Source: an uncultured delta proteobacterium (GTDB taxonomy: Bacteria > Desulfobacterota > Syntrophia > Syntrophales > UBA2185). From it: a stretch of DNA of 64,000 nt. This document shows positions 63,743 through 64,000 of this stretch, one piece after another. The first letter of the stretch is position 1. Each line of letters opens with the position of its first letter. The position numbers and the translations under genes are program-made. The notes beneath the pieces are model-generated. The model was not told the origin of the DNA. It saw only the letters and a program-made list of their open reading frames with translations, and ran no database searches. The stretch covers positions 12,985 through 76,984 of the forward strand of contig CAVSPA010000012.1 in the NCBI GenBank assembly GCA_963729715.1, in the 5' to 3' direction.

Positions 63743-63846
63743 TTGTCATTTAGAAGGAGCGTAGCGACTGAGAAATCTTTCGTCACAGTTGTAAAAGATT
63801 TCTCACGGAGTTTACCCTGAGTAAAACGAAGGGTTTGAAATGACAA
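63743..63846. repeat. REP-like nested inverted repeat
   Basis: TTGTCATTT...AAATGACAA ends; inner TGAGAAATCTTT / AAAGATTTCTCA. Confidence 0.65.
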
Positions 63847-64000
63847 GTGGCGCTCATACATGAATGTAGCAGATGACATCTGTTACTAACTTCCTATTAT
63901 CATCAGGAATGCAATTTCTAAAAATATGCAACAGTACTTCTGGAAATCAACAGATATCATCCGTTTTCAAATCAGATAATTTATTAACAATAAAAACAGG

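Overview
Bacterial chromosomal window, probably an anaerobic Desulfobacterota/Syntrophales-like deltaproteobacterium (inferred from gene content only). From left to right: a type II secretion operon on the - strand (gspC-D-E-F-G-H-I) whose secretin has an atypical C-terminal domain and is followed by a decayed SPOR gene; PagL-like and RCC1-repeat genes; a toxin-antitoxin/mobile hotspot around ssb (VapBC, LexA-like HTH pair, duplicated 75-bp segment, complete class C group II intron, HipBA); assorted housekeeping and uncharacterised genes (tatA, RodZ-like, suhB, radical SAMs, HTH/ExeA-like ATPase/TPR, YihY-cNMP fusion, QueG-like plus thiol-dioxygenase-like pair); thrC; an Rrf2-led sulfur/Fe-S/Cys/Met gene run; a Cus-type RND system; DUF748; a broken GGDEF gene; and a selenium locus. 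In that locus a UGA(Sec)-containing selD, truncated in the ORF track, is divergent from LysR-rhodanese-CCG-DUF3047. All product calls come from recognising motifs by eye; no database searches were run.
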